The position numbers and the translations under genes were made by a program. DNA of 50,798 nucleotides from an uncultured Candidatus Saccharibacteria bacterium (GTDB lineage: Bacteria > Patescibacteriota > Minisyncoccia > Phycocordibacterales > PALSA-1337). The notes beneath the pieces are model-generated. The model saw only the letters and a program-made list of their open reading frames with translations, did no database searches and was not told the DNA's origin. This document shows positions 19,136 to 28,936 of the stretch, in pieces. How positions within the stretch are numbered: the first letter of the stretch is position 1; each line of letters starts with the position of its first letter. The stretch covers positions 1 to 50,798 of the forward strand of contig CAZNUY010000001.1 in assembly GCA_964576745.1 (NCBI GenBank), written 5' to 3'.

Positions 19136-20020
19136 ATGGCAAAAACCCCAGCAGTTTTTAATAAGATCAATATTCTAAGGGAAAGGTACTACAAATCCTT
19201 TCCTGGCAAAGAGTCGCTAATCAAACTTATTAGCGAGGCGGAAATTCCTGAGCAGGTATATAACTCGAATGCGATCGAGAATAGTACTTTGAGTCTCGAG
19301 GAAACAGAAAAAATTCTCCTTCAAATCGATCTTGATCGTTTTATATCAGAGCGTGAAATCTTTGAGGCAAAAAATCTTGCTCGTGTGGTCGGCTACATAG
19401 ATAAGAGAGCAAAGGAACAAGAATTGACGAAAGAGGTTATTCTCTCACTTCATAAAATGCTTTTATCGAATATTCGTGACGATATTGCCGGTAGATTTCG
19501 TAAAGATAATGAGTTTGTTCGTGTCGGTAGTCATATCGCACCCGCCCCTCAAGAGATAGAGGGAAGTATGGATAAGATGATTGCGGAATATAATGCTTCC
19601 GTCGGTGAAAATATCATAAAGAGAATTGCCAAGCTACATCTCGCTTTTGAGTATCTCCACCCATTTTGTGATGGTAATGGTCGTATTGGTCGTGTCATCA
19701 ACAACTACCTTCTTATTCGAGAGGGGTATGTTCCTATCAATATCAAATTTATCGATAGAAAGAAATATTATGATGCATTCAAGGAGTTTGATGCCAAAGG
19801 TACCACTGTTGTTATGGAAGAAATTGTAGCTAAAGCTTTGACCAATAGTTATCACAAACGCTTGGCATATCTTGAGGGTAAGAAAATTGTAGACCTAGCT
19901 GATTGTGCAAAGTCTCATAAGATTTCGCATTCAAATCTTATTAACAAAGCTAACCGTCAAACCATCGAAGCGTTTCTTGAGAAGGGAGTGTGGAAGATAG
20001 GAGATGAACCTTCGCAATAA
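19136..20020 (+). CDS. Fic/DOC-family protein
   Basis: Canonical Fic motif HPFCDGNGRIGR. Confidence 0.85.
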   Translation: MAKTPAVFNKINILRERYYKSFPGKESLIKLISEAEIPEQVYNSNAIENSTLSLEETEKILLQIDLDRFISEREIFEAKNLARVVGYIDKRAKEQELTKEVILSLHKMLLSNIRDDIAGRFRKDNEFVRVGSHIAPAPQEIEGSMDKMIAEYNASVGENIIKRIAKLHLAFEYLHPFCDGNGRIGRVINNYLLIREGYVPINIKFIDRKKYYDAFKEFDAKGTTVVMEEIVAKALTNSYHKRLAYLEGKKIVDLADCAKSHKISHSNLINKANRQTIEAFLEKGVWKIGDEPSQ

Positions 20021-20030
20021 CAAGAAAAAT

Positions 20031-21623
20031 ATGAGCACAAAAGAAATTACAATTAACCAAAATACGACCAAAGAGCAGGAGAGAACAGAACTTCATCGTG
20101 CTATTTGGCAGATCGCCAACGATCTTCGTGGGAGTGTTGATGGTTGGGATTTCAAAACATATGTGCTCGGTATGCTTTTCTATCGCTTTATCAGTGAGAA
20201 TCTAACCAATTACATCAATGCTGATGAACGACGGTCTGGCAAAAAAGATTTTGACTATGCAAATCTCTCCGATAAACAGGCAGAATTCGGTCGCTCAGAT
20301 ACTGTAAAAGAGAAGGGCTTTTATATTCTGCCAAGCGAATTATTTGTGAATGTCCGGAAGAATGCCCGTAATGATGCCAATCTTAATGAGACTTTGTCTA
20401 AGGTTTTTAGAAATATTGAGAATTCAGCAAAAGGTGCAAATAGCGAGGATGATCTCAAAGGATTGTTTGATGACCTAGACGTTAACTCAAACAAGCTCGG
20501 CAATAATGTAGAAAGAAGAAACCAAAAGCTTGTGAAATTGCTCGAGGCAATCGGCGATCTTCGACTCGGTAACTATTCAGACAATACCATTGATGCCTTC
20601 GGTGATGCCTACGAATTCCTCATGACAATGTATGCCTCAAATGCAGGTAAATCCGGTGGAGAGTTCTATACTCCACAGGAAGTAAGTGAACTCCTTGCCC
20701 AGATCACAACTGTAGGTAAGAAAGAGGTAAATAAAGTCTATGATCCTGCTTGCGGGTCCGGCTCACTCCTTCTTAAATTTGCAAAAGTACTTGGTAAAGA
20801 AAACGTTCGACTCGGATTCTACGGACAAGAGATCAACCTGACGACATACAACTTATGCCGTATCAACATGTTTTTGCATGATATAAATTACAACCATTTT
20901 GATATTGAACTTGGTGATACTCTCACTGATCCAAAACACTGGGATGATGAACCGTTTGACGCGATTGTATCAAACCCGCCCTATTCAATAAGATGGGACG
21001 GCGACAGTAATCCCTTGCTTATTAACGATCCACGTTTTTCACCAGCCGGAGTTCTTGCGCCAAAGAGTAAGGCAGACTTGGCCTTCACTATGCACATGCT
21101 CTCATGGCTTTCAACGAGTGGTACTGCTGCCATTGTCGAATTTCCTGGAGTCCTATATCGTGGCGGTGCTGAGCAGAAGATTCGCAAGTATCTCATAGAC
21201 AATAACTACATCGATGCGGTTATCCAATTACCACCAGACCTTTTCTTCGGTACAACAATCGGAACTTGTATTATCGTTCTTAAAAAGAGTAAGAAGGATA
21301 ACAAAACTCTGTTTATCGATGCCTCTAACGAGTTTGTTCGTAATGGAAATAAAAACAAACTTACTGATGCGAACAGAACAAAAATTCTAGATGCATTTAC
21401 TAACCGCAAAGATATAGAGCACTTTGCAAAACTAATTGAGAATAAAGTTATAGCTGAGAACGATTACAAGATTGACATTTCGTCGTATGTTGATCAGAAA
21501 GACACTCGTGAAGTAGTGAATATCACTGAGCTCAATTCAAAGATAACCCAAATTATTGCGCGACAAAATGAGCTCAGAACAGCAATTGATGAAATCATCG
21601 CAGATATTGAAGGCACAAAATGA
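20031..21623 (+). CDS. hsdM: type I restriction-modification N6-adenine DNA methyltransferase subunit
   Basis: SAM-binding DPACGSGSLL and catalytic SNPPYS motifs, plus the N-terminal HsdM_N-like WQIANDLRG. Confidence 0.9.
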   Translation: MSTKEITINQNTTKEQERTELHRAIWQIANDLRGSVDGWDFKTYVLGMLFYRFISENLTNYINADERRSGKKDFDYANLSDKQAEFGRSDTVKEKGFYILPSELFVNVRKNARNDANLNETLSKVFRNIENSAKGANSEDDLKGLFDDLDVNSNKLGNNVERRNQKLVKLLEAIGDLRLGNYSDNTIDAFGDAYEFLMTMYASNAGKSGGEFYTPQEVSELLAQITTVGKKEVNKVYDPACGSGSLLLKFAKVLGKENVRLGFYGQEINLTTYNLCRINMFLHDINYNHFDIELGDTLTDPKHWDDEPFDAIVSNPPYSIRWDGDSNPLLINDPRFSPAGVLAPKSKADLAFTMHMLSWLSTSGTAAIVEFPGVLYRGGAEQKIRKYLIDNNYIDAVIQLPPDLFFGTTIGTCIIVLKKSKKDNKTLFIDASNEFVRNGNKNKLTDANRTKILDAFTNRKDIEHFAKLIENKVIAENDYKIDISSYVDQKDTREVVNITELNSKITQIIARQNELRTAIDEIIADIEGTK

Positions 21624-21624
21624 T

Positions 21625-22803
21625 ATGACAAAACACCAAAGTAAAATCGAAAGATTAATTGCAGAACTTTGTCCAAAGGGTGTTCAGTCTTTTGGTGTTG
21701 GAGAAGTCTGTCATATTAGCCGAGGCCGGGTCATGTCAAAAGATTATCTAAAGGCCAATGAAGGAGAATATCCGGTTTATTCATCTCAGACAGCAAATGA
21801 TGGTGTCTTTGGAAAGATAAACACATTCGATTACGATGGAGAGTATGTGACGTGGACCACTGACGGCGCTAATGCAGGCTCAGTGTTTTATCGTAATGGG
21901 AAATTTAGTATCACCAATGTCTGCGGTTTACTCAAACCAAAGAAGAATGATCTAAACACAAAATTTCTTTCTTATATCTTGGGTACGCGAGCGAAGTCTT
22001 ATGTTAATGCCGGTATGGGTAATCCGAAATTGATGAGTAATGTAATGGCAACGATCGAGATACCTATTCCACCACTTGCGGTCCAGGAAGAAATTGTCAA
22101 AATTCTTAATAGTTTTACTGAGTTAGAGGCTGAGTTAGAGGCTGAGTTAGAGGCTAGGAATAAACAATATAAGTATTACAGAGATGAGTTGTTAGACATA
22201 AAAGATGCAGAATATAAATCTCTAGGCGAAATTGGAACCCTAATTAGGGGTGGCGGATTGCAAAAGAAAGATTTTGTTCAAGATGGTGTTGGATGTATTC
22301 ATTATGGCCAAATTTATACTCACTACGGGACATTTGCAGATAAGACAAAATCATTTGTATCACCAGAATTAGCAAAGAAGTTAAAGAAAGCACAAAAAGG
22401 TGATGTGTTGATTGCGGGTGTTAGTGAAAATATTGAGGATGTGTGTAAGCCATTGGGGTGGTTAGGTGATGAAATCTGTATTAGCGGTGACATGTTTGCA
22501 TTCCGCCATAATCAGAATACAAAATTTATTACTTATCTTTTACAGACTACAAATTTTCATAAATATAAAGAGAAATTTGCACAAGGTGCTAAAGTTACTC
22601 GCGTAAAGGCTGATAAGATATTAAATTTCAAAATCCCAGTTCCATCTTTGGAAGAGCAAGAAAGAATAGTGTCAATTCTGGATAAATTTGATGTTCTTAC
22701 AAACGATATCTCTATTGGCTTGCCGGCTGAACGTCGGGCTCGTCGGTCCCAATATGAATACTACCGAGGCAAGCTTTTAACATTCAACGAGTATGTCAAC
22801 TAA
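21625..22803 (+). CDS. hsdS: type I R-M specificity subunit
   Basis: Two target-recognition halves separated by a central helical region containing (LEAE)x3; C-terminal conserved helix. The start was taken at the ATG 2 nt after the hsdM stop. Confidence 0.85.
   Translation: MTKHQSKIERLIAELCPKGVQSFGVGEVCHISRGRVMSKDYLKANEGEYPVYSSQTANDGVFGKINTFDYDGEYVTWTTDGANAGSVFYRNGKFSITNVCGLLKPKKNDLNTKFLSYILGTRAKSYVNAGMGNPKLMSNVMATIEIPIPPLAVQEEIVKILNSFTELEAELEAELEARNKQYKYYRDELLDIKDAEYKSLGEIGTLIRGGGLQKKDFVQDGVGCIHYGQIYTHYGTFADKTKSFVSPELAKKLKKAQKGDVLIAGVSENIEDVCKPLGWLGDEICISGDMFAFRHNQNTKFITYLLQTTNFHKYKEKFAQGAKVTRVKADKILNFKIPVPSLEEQERIVSILDKFDVLTNDISIGLPAERRARRSQYEYYRGKLLTFNEYVN
22120..22155 (+). repeat. perfect 3 x 12-bp tandem repeat GAGTTAGAGGCT in the hsdS central conserved region
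   Basis: Read directly from the sequence; encodes ELEAELEAELEA. Confidence 0.95.
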
Positions 22804-25800
22804 CAACAAATACAATCTGGTCGCTGAGAATACTCAAAGCACTGTGGTGTCTGAATACACGCCGGATGGTGTTCGCGTTGCTCATTATCAAAGTGAGGCG
22901 GATCTAGAAAAGGCATTTATTAAACAGCTCGAGACTCAGGCCTATGAATATTTAAAGATTACATCAGAAGATGACCTGGTTCTCAATCTCCGAAAACAAC
23001 TCGAGAAATTAAACAATTTTACTTTTACCGATAGCGAATGGGACCGTTTCTTTAAGGGTGAGATATCAAATCCTAATCAGGGAATAGAAGAAAAAACAGC
23101 AACTATTCAAGAAGATCATGTTAAGAATCTGACTAGAGATGACGGAACTGTAAAGAATATCTATCTCATTAAAAAAGAGAATATTCATGACAATAGTCTG
23201 CAGGTTATTAACCAATATGCCACTGAAGATGGACAGCGTTCAAATCGTTACGATGTGACGGTCCTGGTTAACGGTCTTCCATTGGTCCACATTGAACTTA
23301 AACGACGAGGTGTCGCTATTCAAGAGGCTTTCAATCAAATAAACAGATATCAGCGAGAGAGTTTCTGGGCAGCTGCCGGCTTGTTTGAGTATGTACAACT
23401 ATTTGTAATCTCAAACGGCACTCACACGAAATATTACAGCAACACTACACGAGCACAGCACATAAAGGAATCTACCGAAGGTGCCGCCAAGAAAGGCAAG
23501 AGAACAAGCAATAGTTTTGAGTTCACAAGTTGGTGGGCAGATGCTACCAATCGCCCTATCACTGATCTGATGGACTTTGCGAAAACATTTTTTGCAAAGC
23601 ATGCACTTTTGAATATTTTGACTCGTTATTGTGTATTTACCTCAGATCGTCTTTTGCTTGTTATGCGTCCGTATCAGATTGCGGCCACTGAGAGAATACT
23701 GAACCGCATTGAAGTAAGTACCAACTACAAACAACTCGGCACAACTGAGGCAGGTGGATACATCTGGCATACCACCGGCTCAGGTAAGACCCTCACCAGC
23801 TTCAAGACTGCTCAATTGGTCAGCAAGCTACCGTTCATTGATAAAGTTATCTTTGTGGTGGACCGAAAGGATCTGGATTATCAGACAATGCGAGAGTATG
23901 ACAAGTTCGAGAAGGGTGCAGCAAACAGCAATACCTCTACAGCCATTCTTACTCGCCAACTAAGCGATACCAATGCTCGCATTATCATAACGACGATCCA
24001 AAAACTCGATCGGTTTATTGATAGAAACTCTGGGCATACCATCTTTGATGGACACGTGGTCCTTATTTTCGACGAATGTCATCGTTCACAATTTGGTGAT
24101 ATGCACGCGGCTATTACTAAAGCCTTCAAGAATTATCACATCTTCGGATTTACTGGTACGCCGATATTTGCAGTGAATGCATCATCCGGCGGCAGACCTG
24201 ATCTTCGAACTACAGAGCAAGCCTTCGGTAGCAAACTTCATACATATACAATCGTCGATGCGATCGCTGATAAAAACGTCCTTCCGTTTAAGGTTGATTA
24301 TGTTTCTACCGTTCGTGAAGCTGAAGATATTGAGGATAAGAAGGTTAGCGACATTGATAGAGAAGCTGTACTTGCTGCGCCTGAGCGTCTTTCTAACATC
24401 GTGAGTTATATCAGGGAACACTTTGATCAGAAGACTAAACGTAACAGTTTTTACAAACTCAAAGATAAAAGATTGGCCGGTTTCAACTCCATCTTCGCCG
24501 TTTCCTCAATTGATGTTGCCAAGAAATACTACGCTGAATTCAAAAGACAGCTTGCTGATTTGCCAAGTGATAAAAGATTGAAGGTTGCTTTGATATATAG
24601 CTTTGGCGTAAACGATGAGGATGCAGATGGAATGATCGATGAGAATTCTGAGGATACATCTGGGCTTGATGTAAGTTCAAGAGATTTTCTAGACTCAGCG
24701 ATTGTTGATTACAATTCGCTGTTCGGTACAGCGTACGATACATCATCGGATAAATTTCAAAACTACTACAAGGATGTAAGTCAAAGAGTTAAGGATCGGG
24801 AGATTGATGTCCTTATCGTGGTAAATATGTTCCTAACCGGATTTGACGCCACAACTCTCAATACCTTGTGGGTAGATAAAAATTTAAGACTACATGGACT
24901 TCTTCAGGCATACTCACGAACAAACCGAATCCTTAACAGCGTAAAGACATTCGGAAATATTATATGTTTCCGTAACCTGGAGAAAGCGACAAATGAATCA
25001 ATAGCACTATTTGGTGATAAGGAAGCAAGTGGAATCGTACTACTCAAATCATACGCCGAATACTATAACGGGTACAAAGATGGAAATAAGGAAGTGCGAG
25101 GATATGCGAGCTTGGTGGCCGAGCTTCAGGAAAAGTTTCCGGTTGGTGAACGTATAATCGGTGAGCAGAATCAAAAAGACTTCATCAAACTTTATAGCGC
25201 AATTTTGCGTGTGCGTAATATCCTGGCAACATTTGATGAATTTGCAGGCAATGAAATCCTGTCAGAGCGAGATGTCCAGGATTATCACAGTGCCTACATC
25301 GATCTTTACAACGAATTCCGCAAGAATGTGGAAGAAGAAAAAGAGAACATCAATGATGACGTGGTCTTTGAAATGGAACTCATTAAACAAGTCGAGATCA
25401 ATATCGATTATGTACTCGGACTCATAAAGAAATACCACGAGGACCACATCAAGAATCGTGAACTTCTGGTTGATATCAACAAAGCTATCGATTCGAGCGT
25501 TGAGTTGCGTAACAAAAAGGATCTTATCAATCAGTTCATCACTTCTCTCGATGTTCACTCAATCGTCGATGAGGATTGGCGTAAGTTCGTTGAAGAAAAG
25601 AAAGTGGAAGAACTCGAGCAAATTATTAAGAATGAGAACCTTGATCGTGAAGCGACTTATAAATTCATCAAGAACGCTTTTCGCGACGGAAGTGTGCCAG
25701 CAACCGGTACCGCAATCAGCAAGGTCCTACCACCGGTATCACGCTTTTCTCCAACAGGCGAGCGTAGTCAGAAACGTGAGAGTGTTCTAAGTAGGCTAAC

Positions 25801-25852
25801 CAGTTTCTTTGAGAGATTCTTTGATATTTCAGGCGGCAAGTTTTCTGAATAA
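22793..25852 (+). CDS. hsdR: type I restriction endonuclease R subunit
   Basis: 1019 aa with an N-terminal nuclease region, helicase motifs TTGSGKTLT and FDECHRSQ, and a start overlapping the hsdS stop. Confidence 0.9.
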   Translation: MSTNNKYNLVAENTQSTVVSEYTPDGVRVAHYQSEADLEKAFIKQLETQAYEYLKITSEDDLVLNLRKQLEKLNNFTFTDSEWDRFFKGEISNPNQGIEEKTATIQEDHVKNLTRDDGTVKNIYLIKKENIHDNSLQVINQYATEDGQRSNRYDVTVLVNGLPLVHIELKRRGVAIQEAFNQINRYQRESFWAAAGLFEYVQLFVISNGTHTKYYSNTTRAQHIKESTEGAAKKGKRTSNSFEFTSWWADATNRPITDLMDFAKTFFAKHALLNILTRYCVFTSDRLLLVMRPYQIAATERILNRIEVSTNYKQLGTTEAGGYIWHTTGSGKTLTSFKTAQLVSKLPFIDKVIFVVDRKDLDYQTMREYDKFEKGAANSNTSTAILTRQLSDTNARIIITTIQKLDRFIDRNSGHTIFDGHVVLIFDECHRSQFGDMHAAITKAFKNYHIFGFTGTPIFAVNASSGGRPDLRTTEQAFGSKLHTYTIVDAIADKNVLPFKVDYVSTVREAEDIEDKKVSDIDREAVLAAPERLSNIVSYIREHFDQKTKRNSFYKLKDKRLAGFNSIFAVSSIDVAKKYYAEFKRQLADLPSDKRLKVALIYSFGVNDEDADGMIDENSEDTSGLDVSSRDFLDSAIVDYNSLFGTAYDTSSDKFQNYYKDVSQRVKDREIDVLIVVNMFLTGFDATTLNTLWVDKNLRLHGLLQAYSRTNRILNSVKTFGNIICFRNLEKATNESIALFGDKEASGIVLLKSYAEYYNGYKDGNKEVRGYASLVAELQEKFPVGERIIGEQNQKDFIKLYSAILRVRNILATFDEFAGNEILSERDVQDYHSAYIDLYNEFRKNVEEEKENINDDVVFEMELIKQVEINIDYVLGLIKKYHEDHIKNRELLVDINKAIDSSVELRNKKDLINQFITSLDVHSIVDEDWRKFVEEKKVEELEQIIKNENLDREATYKFIKNAFRDGSVPATGTAISKVLPPVSRFSPTGERSQKRESVLSRLTSFFERFFDISGGKFSE

Positions 25853-25861
25853 ATTACTCAT

Positions 25862-26593
25862 ATGAATACATTCAAATCTTCAGCAATACAGATACTCAAG
25901 AAAGCCGGCAAGCCTTTACATGTTTCTGAAATCACAAAGCTAGCATTAGAGAGTGGTTTGCTGGTAACCGAAAGCGCGGTCCCTGAGGCGACTATGGGTG
26001 CCCAGATATATACGGACATCAAGAATAAAGGCAAAGCATCTGATTTTATTCAAACGTCAAAAGGTACTTTCGCTTTGAATGCAGGCAAGGAAGCAAAGAT
26101 TCCTACCATAAAGACTATTGAGAAAGAGAAGATAGAGGACGAAAAAATAATTGTTGAAGGTGGCTATACTGGTAAGGGCGGTGAACACTTGGTAACGAGC
26201 GAGCTTCTTTTTCGTGGATATAACGCAAGTATTATGAGTGTTGATGTAGGTGTGGACGTATCAGCTATCAAGGATAATAAATTCTTTGGTATCCAGGTGA
26301 AGACATCAAACTCCAACAAGTTTGATGTGTACAATTTTCATATCCGCAGAGTTTCTTTTGAACGACATAATCAAGGCAATATCTTCTACATATTTGTGTT
26401 GAGAGATGTGGAGAATAAATTCCTCATACTTCCATCGAGTGAGATTGAGCGAAAGATAAAAGAAGGTGCAATCTATGCTGTGAACAATAAAACTGGTTAT
26501 GCTCTGTTGATAAAAATTCGTGATGGCAAGATATTTCTTGGTAGTGGTCATGACATGAGCTACTTCCTCGGTAATTGGGATTTGATTAAATAG
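25862..26593 (+). CDS. HARE-HTH / Mrr_N-like winged helix fused to a PD-(D/E)xK-like nuclease core
   Basis: The N-terminus AIQILKKAGKPLHVSEITKLALESGLL...TSKGTFAL is HARE-HTH-like. The C-terminus GEHLVTSELL...SVDVGVDVSA...FGIQVKT shows an E/D...D...xVK pattern. Confidence 0.55.
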   Translation: MNTFKSSAIQILKKAGKPLHVSEITKLALESGLLVTESAVPEATMGAQIYTDIKNKGKASDFIQTSKGTFALNAGKEAKIPTIKTIEKEKIEDEKIIVEGGYTGKGGEHLVTSELLFRGYNASIMSVDVGVDVSAIKDNKFFGIQVKTSNSNKFDVYNFHIRRVSFERHNQGNIFYIFVLRDVENKFLILPSSEIERKIKEGAIYAVNNKTGYALLIKIRDGKIFLGSGHDMSYFLGNWDLIK

Positions 26594-26595
26594 CC

Positions 26596-28098
26596 ATGTC
26601 AAAAAATGTATTATCTCTCAACTATATAAATGCCAAGAAATTCTTTTTAGAACAAGAGAGTTATACGAATATTGATCTGCCCCCTTATTTTACATTCGGT
26701 AAAACTATTTCAGCGATAAATACTAAATTAAATAATTCAGAGATCTCTTTCAATGAATTAAAATCAGCAAAAACCAACGAGACGATTAACCATGTCCTGT
26801 ATGGCAATAAGGACGGTAAATACGCTTGGAGAAAGTACGAGTTAATACATCCTCTTGTCTATGTCTCTTTAGTAAACATTATCACTCAAAAAGATAATTG
26901 GAAGGTTGTACAAGATAGATTTAAGGAATTTCAGAAAGATAAGAGAATCGAATGCGAAAGTATTCCTGTGCTTAAAGATCACAAATCCAAGCAAAAAGCG
27001 GCACAGATCTCACAATGGGTTGAGAGTGTTGAAAAGAAATCCATCACATTATCATTAGATTATAAGTTTTTGTATCAAACTGATATAACTGATTGCTATG
27101 GGTCTATTTATACCCACTCAATACCATGGGCGATTCATACAAAGACTATCTCGAAAACAAAACGCAATTATGGTGATTTGTTTGGAAACAAAATCGATCA
27201 CCATATTCAGGCAATGAATTGTGGCCAGACAAACGGTATTCCTCAAGGAAGTATACTGATGGACTTTATAGCTGAGATGATTCTTGGTTATGCTGACACA
27301 AAGATCTCAGAAAAATTAAATATTCAATTGAATGGTAAAAAATTTCACATACTCAGATATAGAGATGATTATAGGATTTTTGTGAATGATATTACTGATG
27401 GCGATACTATTTTGAAATGTATAAGTGAAGTACTAATAGATTTTGGTTTTCGTCTAAATACAAGTAAAACCTGTCATTGCGACGATATAATTTCTGGTTC
27501 GATCAAGCCGGATAAACTTGATGCTATAAAATACGGAAGTGTGCCAAAGAAATTTTCGAAAAAAGAGTTAATGAATCAATTATTGATCGTTCAGCAAATC
27601 AGCAAAGATTATCCAAATGCCGGTACATTGAAGGTTAGGATGTCAAAAATCATCGATGCTGTTAAGGTTAAAGATTTCTATTATCAGCAAGAATTTATAG
27701 CCGGTTTACTGACTGATATTGCATACAATAACCCGAATACGTTTCCCGTTGTGGCATCGCTGTTATCAAGCTGTATTTCCAAGTTAACTTTCAAATCAAA
27801 AAAAGAAATCCTATCAAGAATCGAAGACAAAATGTGTAATCTATCAAATATCGGATTGATAGAAATATGGATGCAAAGAATTGCTATTAGATTCAAATTC
27901 AAGCTTTCTTTAAAAGAAAAGCTGTGCAAACTTGTGTATGGTTCGAGTGATCAGATATTTGTTAATACATGGATTACTGATGCCGCAATCAAAAAACTTA
28001 TAGAAGATAGATCATTTATAAATAAGGCGAAGATTGGAAAGATGAAAATAGTTATCGACAAGCGAGAAGTTCAATTATTCAATAATTATTACAATTAA
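26596..28098 (+). CDS. reverse transcriptase, non-DGR, non-retron style (UG/Abi-like) with a helical C-terminal region
   Basis: RT motifs DITDCYGSIYTHSIPWAI, GIPQGSILMDFIAEMIL, ILRYRDDYRIFV (YxDD variant) and FRLNTSKT, followed by about 190 aa of C-terminal helical sequence without a recognised domain. Confidence 0.8.
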   Translation: MSKNVLSLNYINAKKFFLEQESYTNIDLPPYFTFGKTISAINTKLNNSEISFNELKSAKTNETINHVLYGNKDGKYAWRKYELIHPLVYVSLVNIITQKDNWKVVQDRFKEFQKDKRIECESIPVLKDHKSKQKAAQISQWVESVEKKSITLSLDYKFLYQTDITDCYGSIYTHSIPWAIHTKTISKTKRNYGDLFGNKIDHHIQAMNCGQTNGIPQGSILMDFIAEMILGYADTKISEKLNIQLNGKKFHILRYRDDYRIFVNDITDGDTILKCISEVLIDFGFRLNTSKTCHCDDIISGSIKPDKLDAIKYGSVPKKFSKKELMNQLLIVQQISKDYPNAGTLKVRMSKIIDAVKVKDFYYQQEFIAGLLTDIAYNNPNTFPVVASLLSSCISKLTFKSKKEILSRIEDKMCNLSNIGLIEIWMQRIAIRFKFKLSLKEKLCKLVYGSSDQIFVNTWITDAAIKKLIEDRSFINKAKIGKMKIVIDKREVQLFNNYYN

Positions 28099-28104
28099 TT
28101 TTTT

Positions 28105-28854
28105 ATGTCAGAATATTACAAAGCAAGCAGGGGTCCAGCCTGGAACTATGGCGGTCAAAATTGGAAATTGAGTAGATCAAAGATTGATTTATTCTTAGAA
28201 TGTCCAAGATGTTTTTATATCGACAATAAACTTGGAGTAAAGAGGGTCCCGCCATTTCCTTTTTCAATCAATAGTGCAGTCGACCATCTATTAAAGCAGG
28301 AATTTGATTCTCTGAGGATTAAGAATGAGCAACATCCTCTTCAGAAGGAATATGGTATCGATGCTCGACCTGTATCTCATGAGGAATTGGATGAGTGGCG
28401 TAGGAATTTTGGTGGTATTAGATATATACACGAACCAACTGGTCTAATAGTGACTGGTGCGATTGACGATCTTTGGATTAATAGTAAAGGTGAATATATT
28501 GTTGTTGATTACAAGGCAACTGCTAAAGATGAAGCTGTAAAAGCATTGGACAAAGAATGGCAGGATGGCTACAAAAGACAAATGGAAGTATATCAGTGGT
28601 TATTAAGAATGAATGGGTTAAAAGTATCGAACACAGGTTATTTCGTTTATTGCACAGGAAAGATGGACAGAAAAGCTTTTGATAAACGCATAGATTTTGA
28701 TGTGAATCTTATCGAATACGTGGGTAATGATTCGTGGGTGGAAGATACTCTATTTAAAATTAAAAAATGTCTTGACGGTGATAAAATCCCAGCTTCCAGC
28801 CATGATTGTGATTGGTGTAATTATTGGAATGCTAGAAGGGGGATTGAGCCTTAA
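28105..28854 (+). CDS. Cas4/RecB-like PD-(D/E)XK nuclease with a four-Cys cluster
   Basis: N-terminal CPRCFY, core GAIDDLW...YIVVDYKAT, QMEVYQWLL (QxxxY) and C-terminal CDWCNYW. Confidence 0.7.
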   Translation: MSEYYKASRGPAWNYGGQNWKLSRSKIDLFLECPRCFYIDNKLGVKRVPPFPFSINSAVDHLLKQEFDSLRIKNEQHPLQKEYGIDARPVSHEELDEWRRNFGGIRYIHEPTGLIVTGAIDDLWINSKGEYIVVDYKATAKDEAVKALDKEWQDGYKRQMEVYQWLLRMNGLKVSNTGYFVYCTGKMDRKAFDKRIDFDVNLIEYVGNDSWVEDTLFKIKKCLDGDKIPASSHDCDWCNYWNARRGIEP

Positions 28855-28874
28855 AGTAAGTCATATTTTCAGTA

Positions 28875-28903
28875 TTGACAAAAGTATAGTATAGGTGTAT
28901 AAT
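28875..28903 (+). promoter_or_regulatory. consensus sigma70-type promoter upstream of the DGR target gene
   Basis: TTGACA (28875-28880), a 17-nt spacer, then TATAAT (28898-28903). Confidence 0.65.
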
Positions 28904-28936
28904 TGTATTGTAGTTCTTTGATACGAATTGTGAGTT

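Noticed and set aside
21556-21624. N-terminal extension of hsdS (track ORF starts at 21556)
   Set aside because: This stretch lies entirely inside the 3' end of hsdM in another frame. The ATG at 21625, 2 nt after the hsdM stop, gives the usual coupled arrangement.
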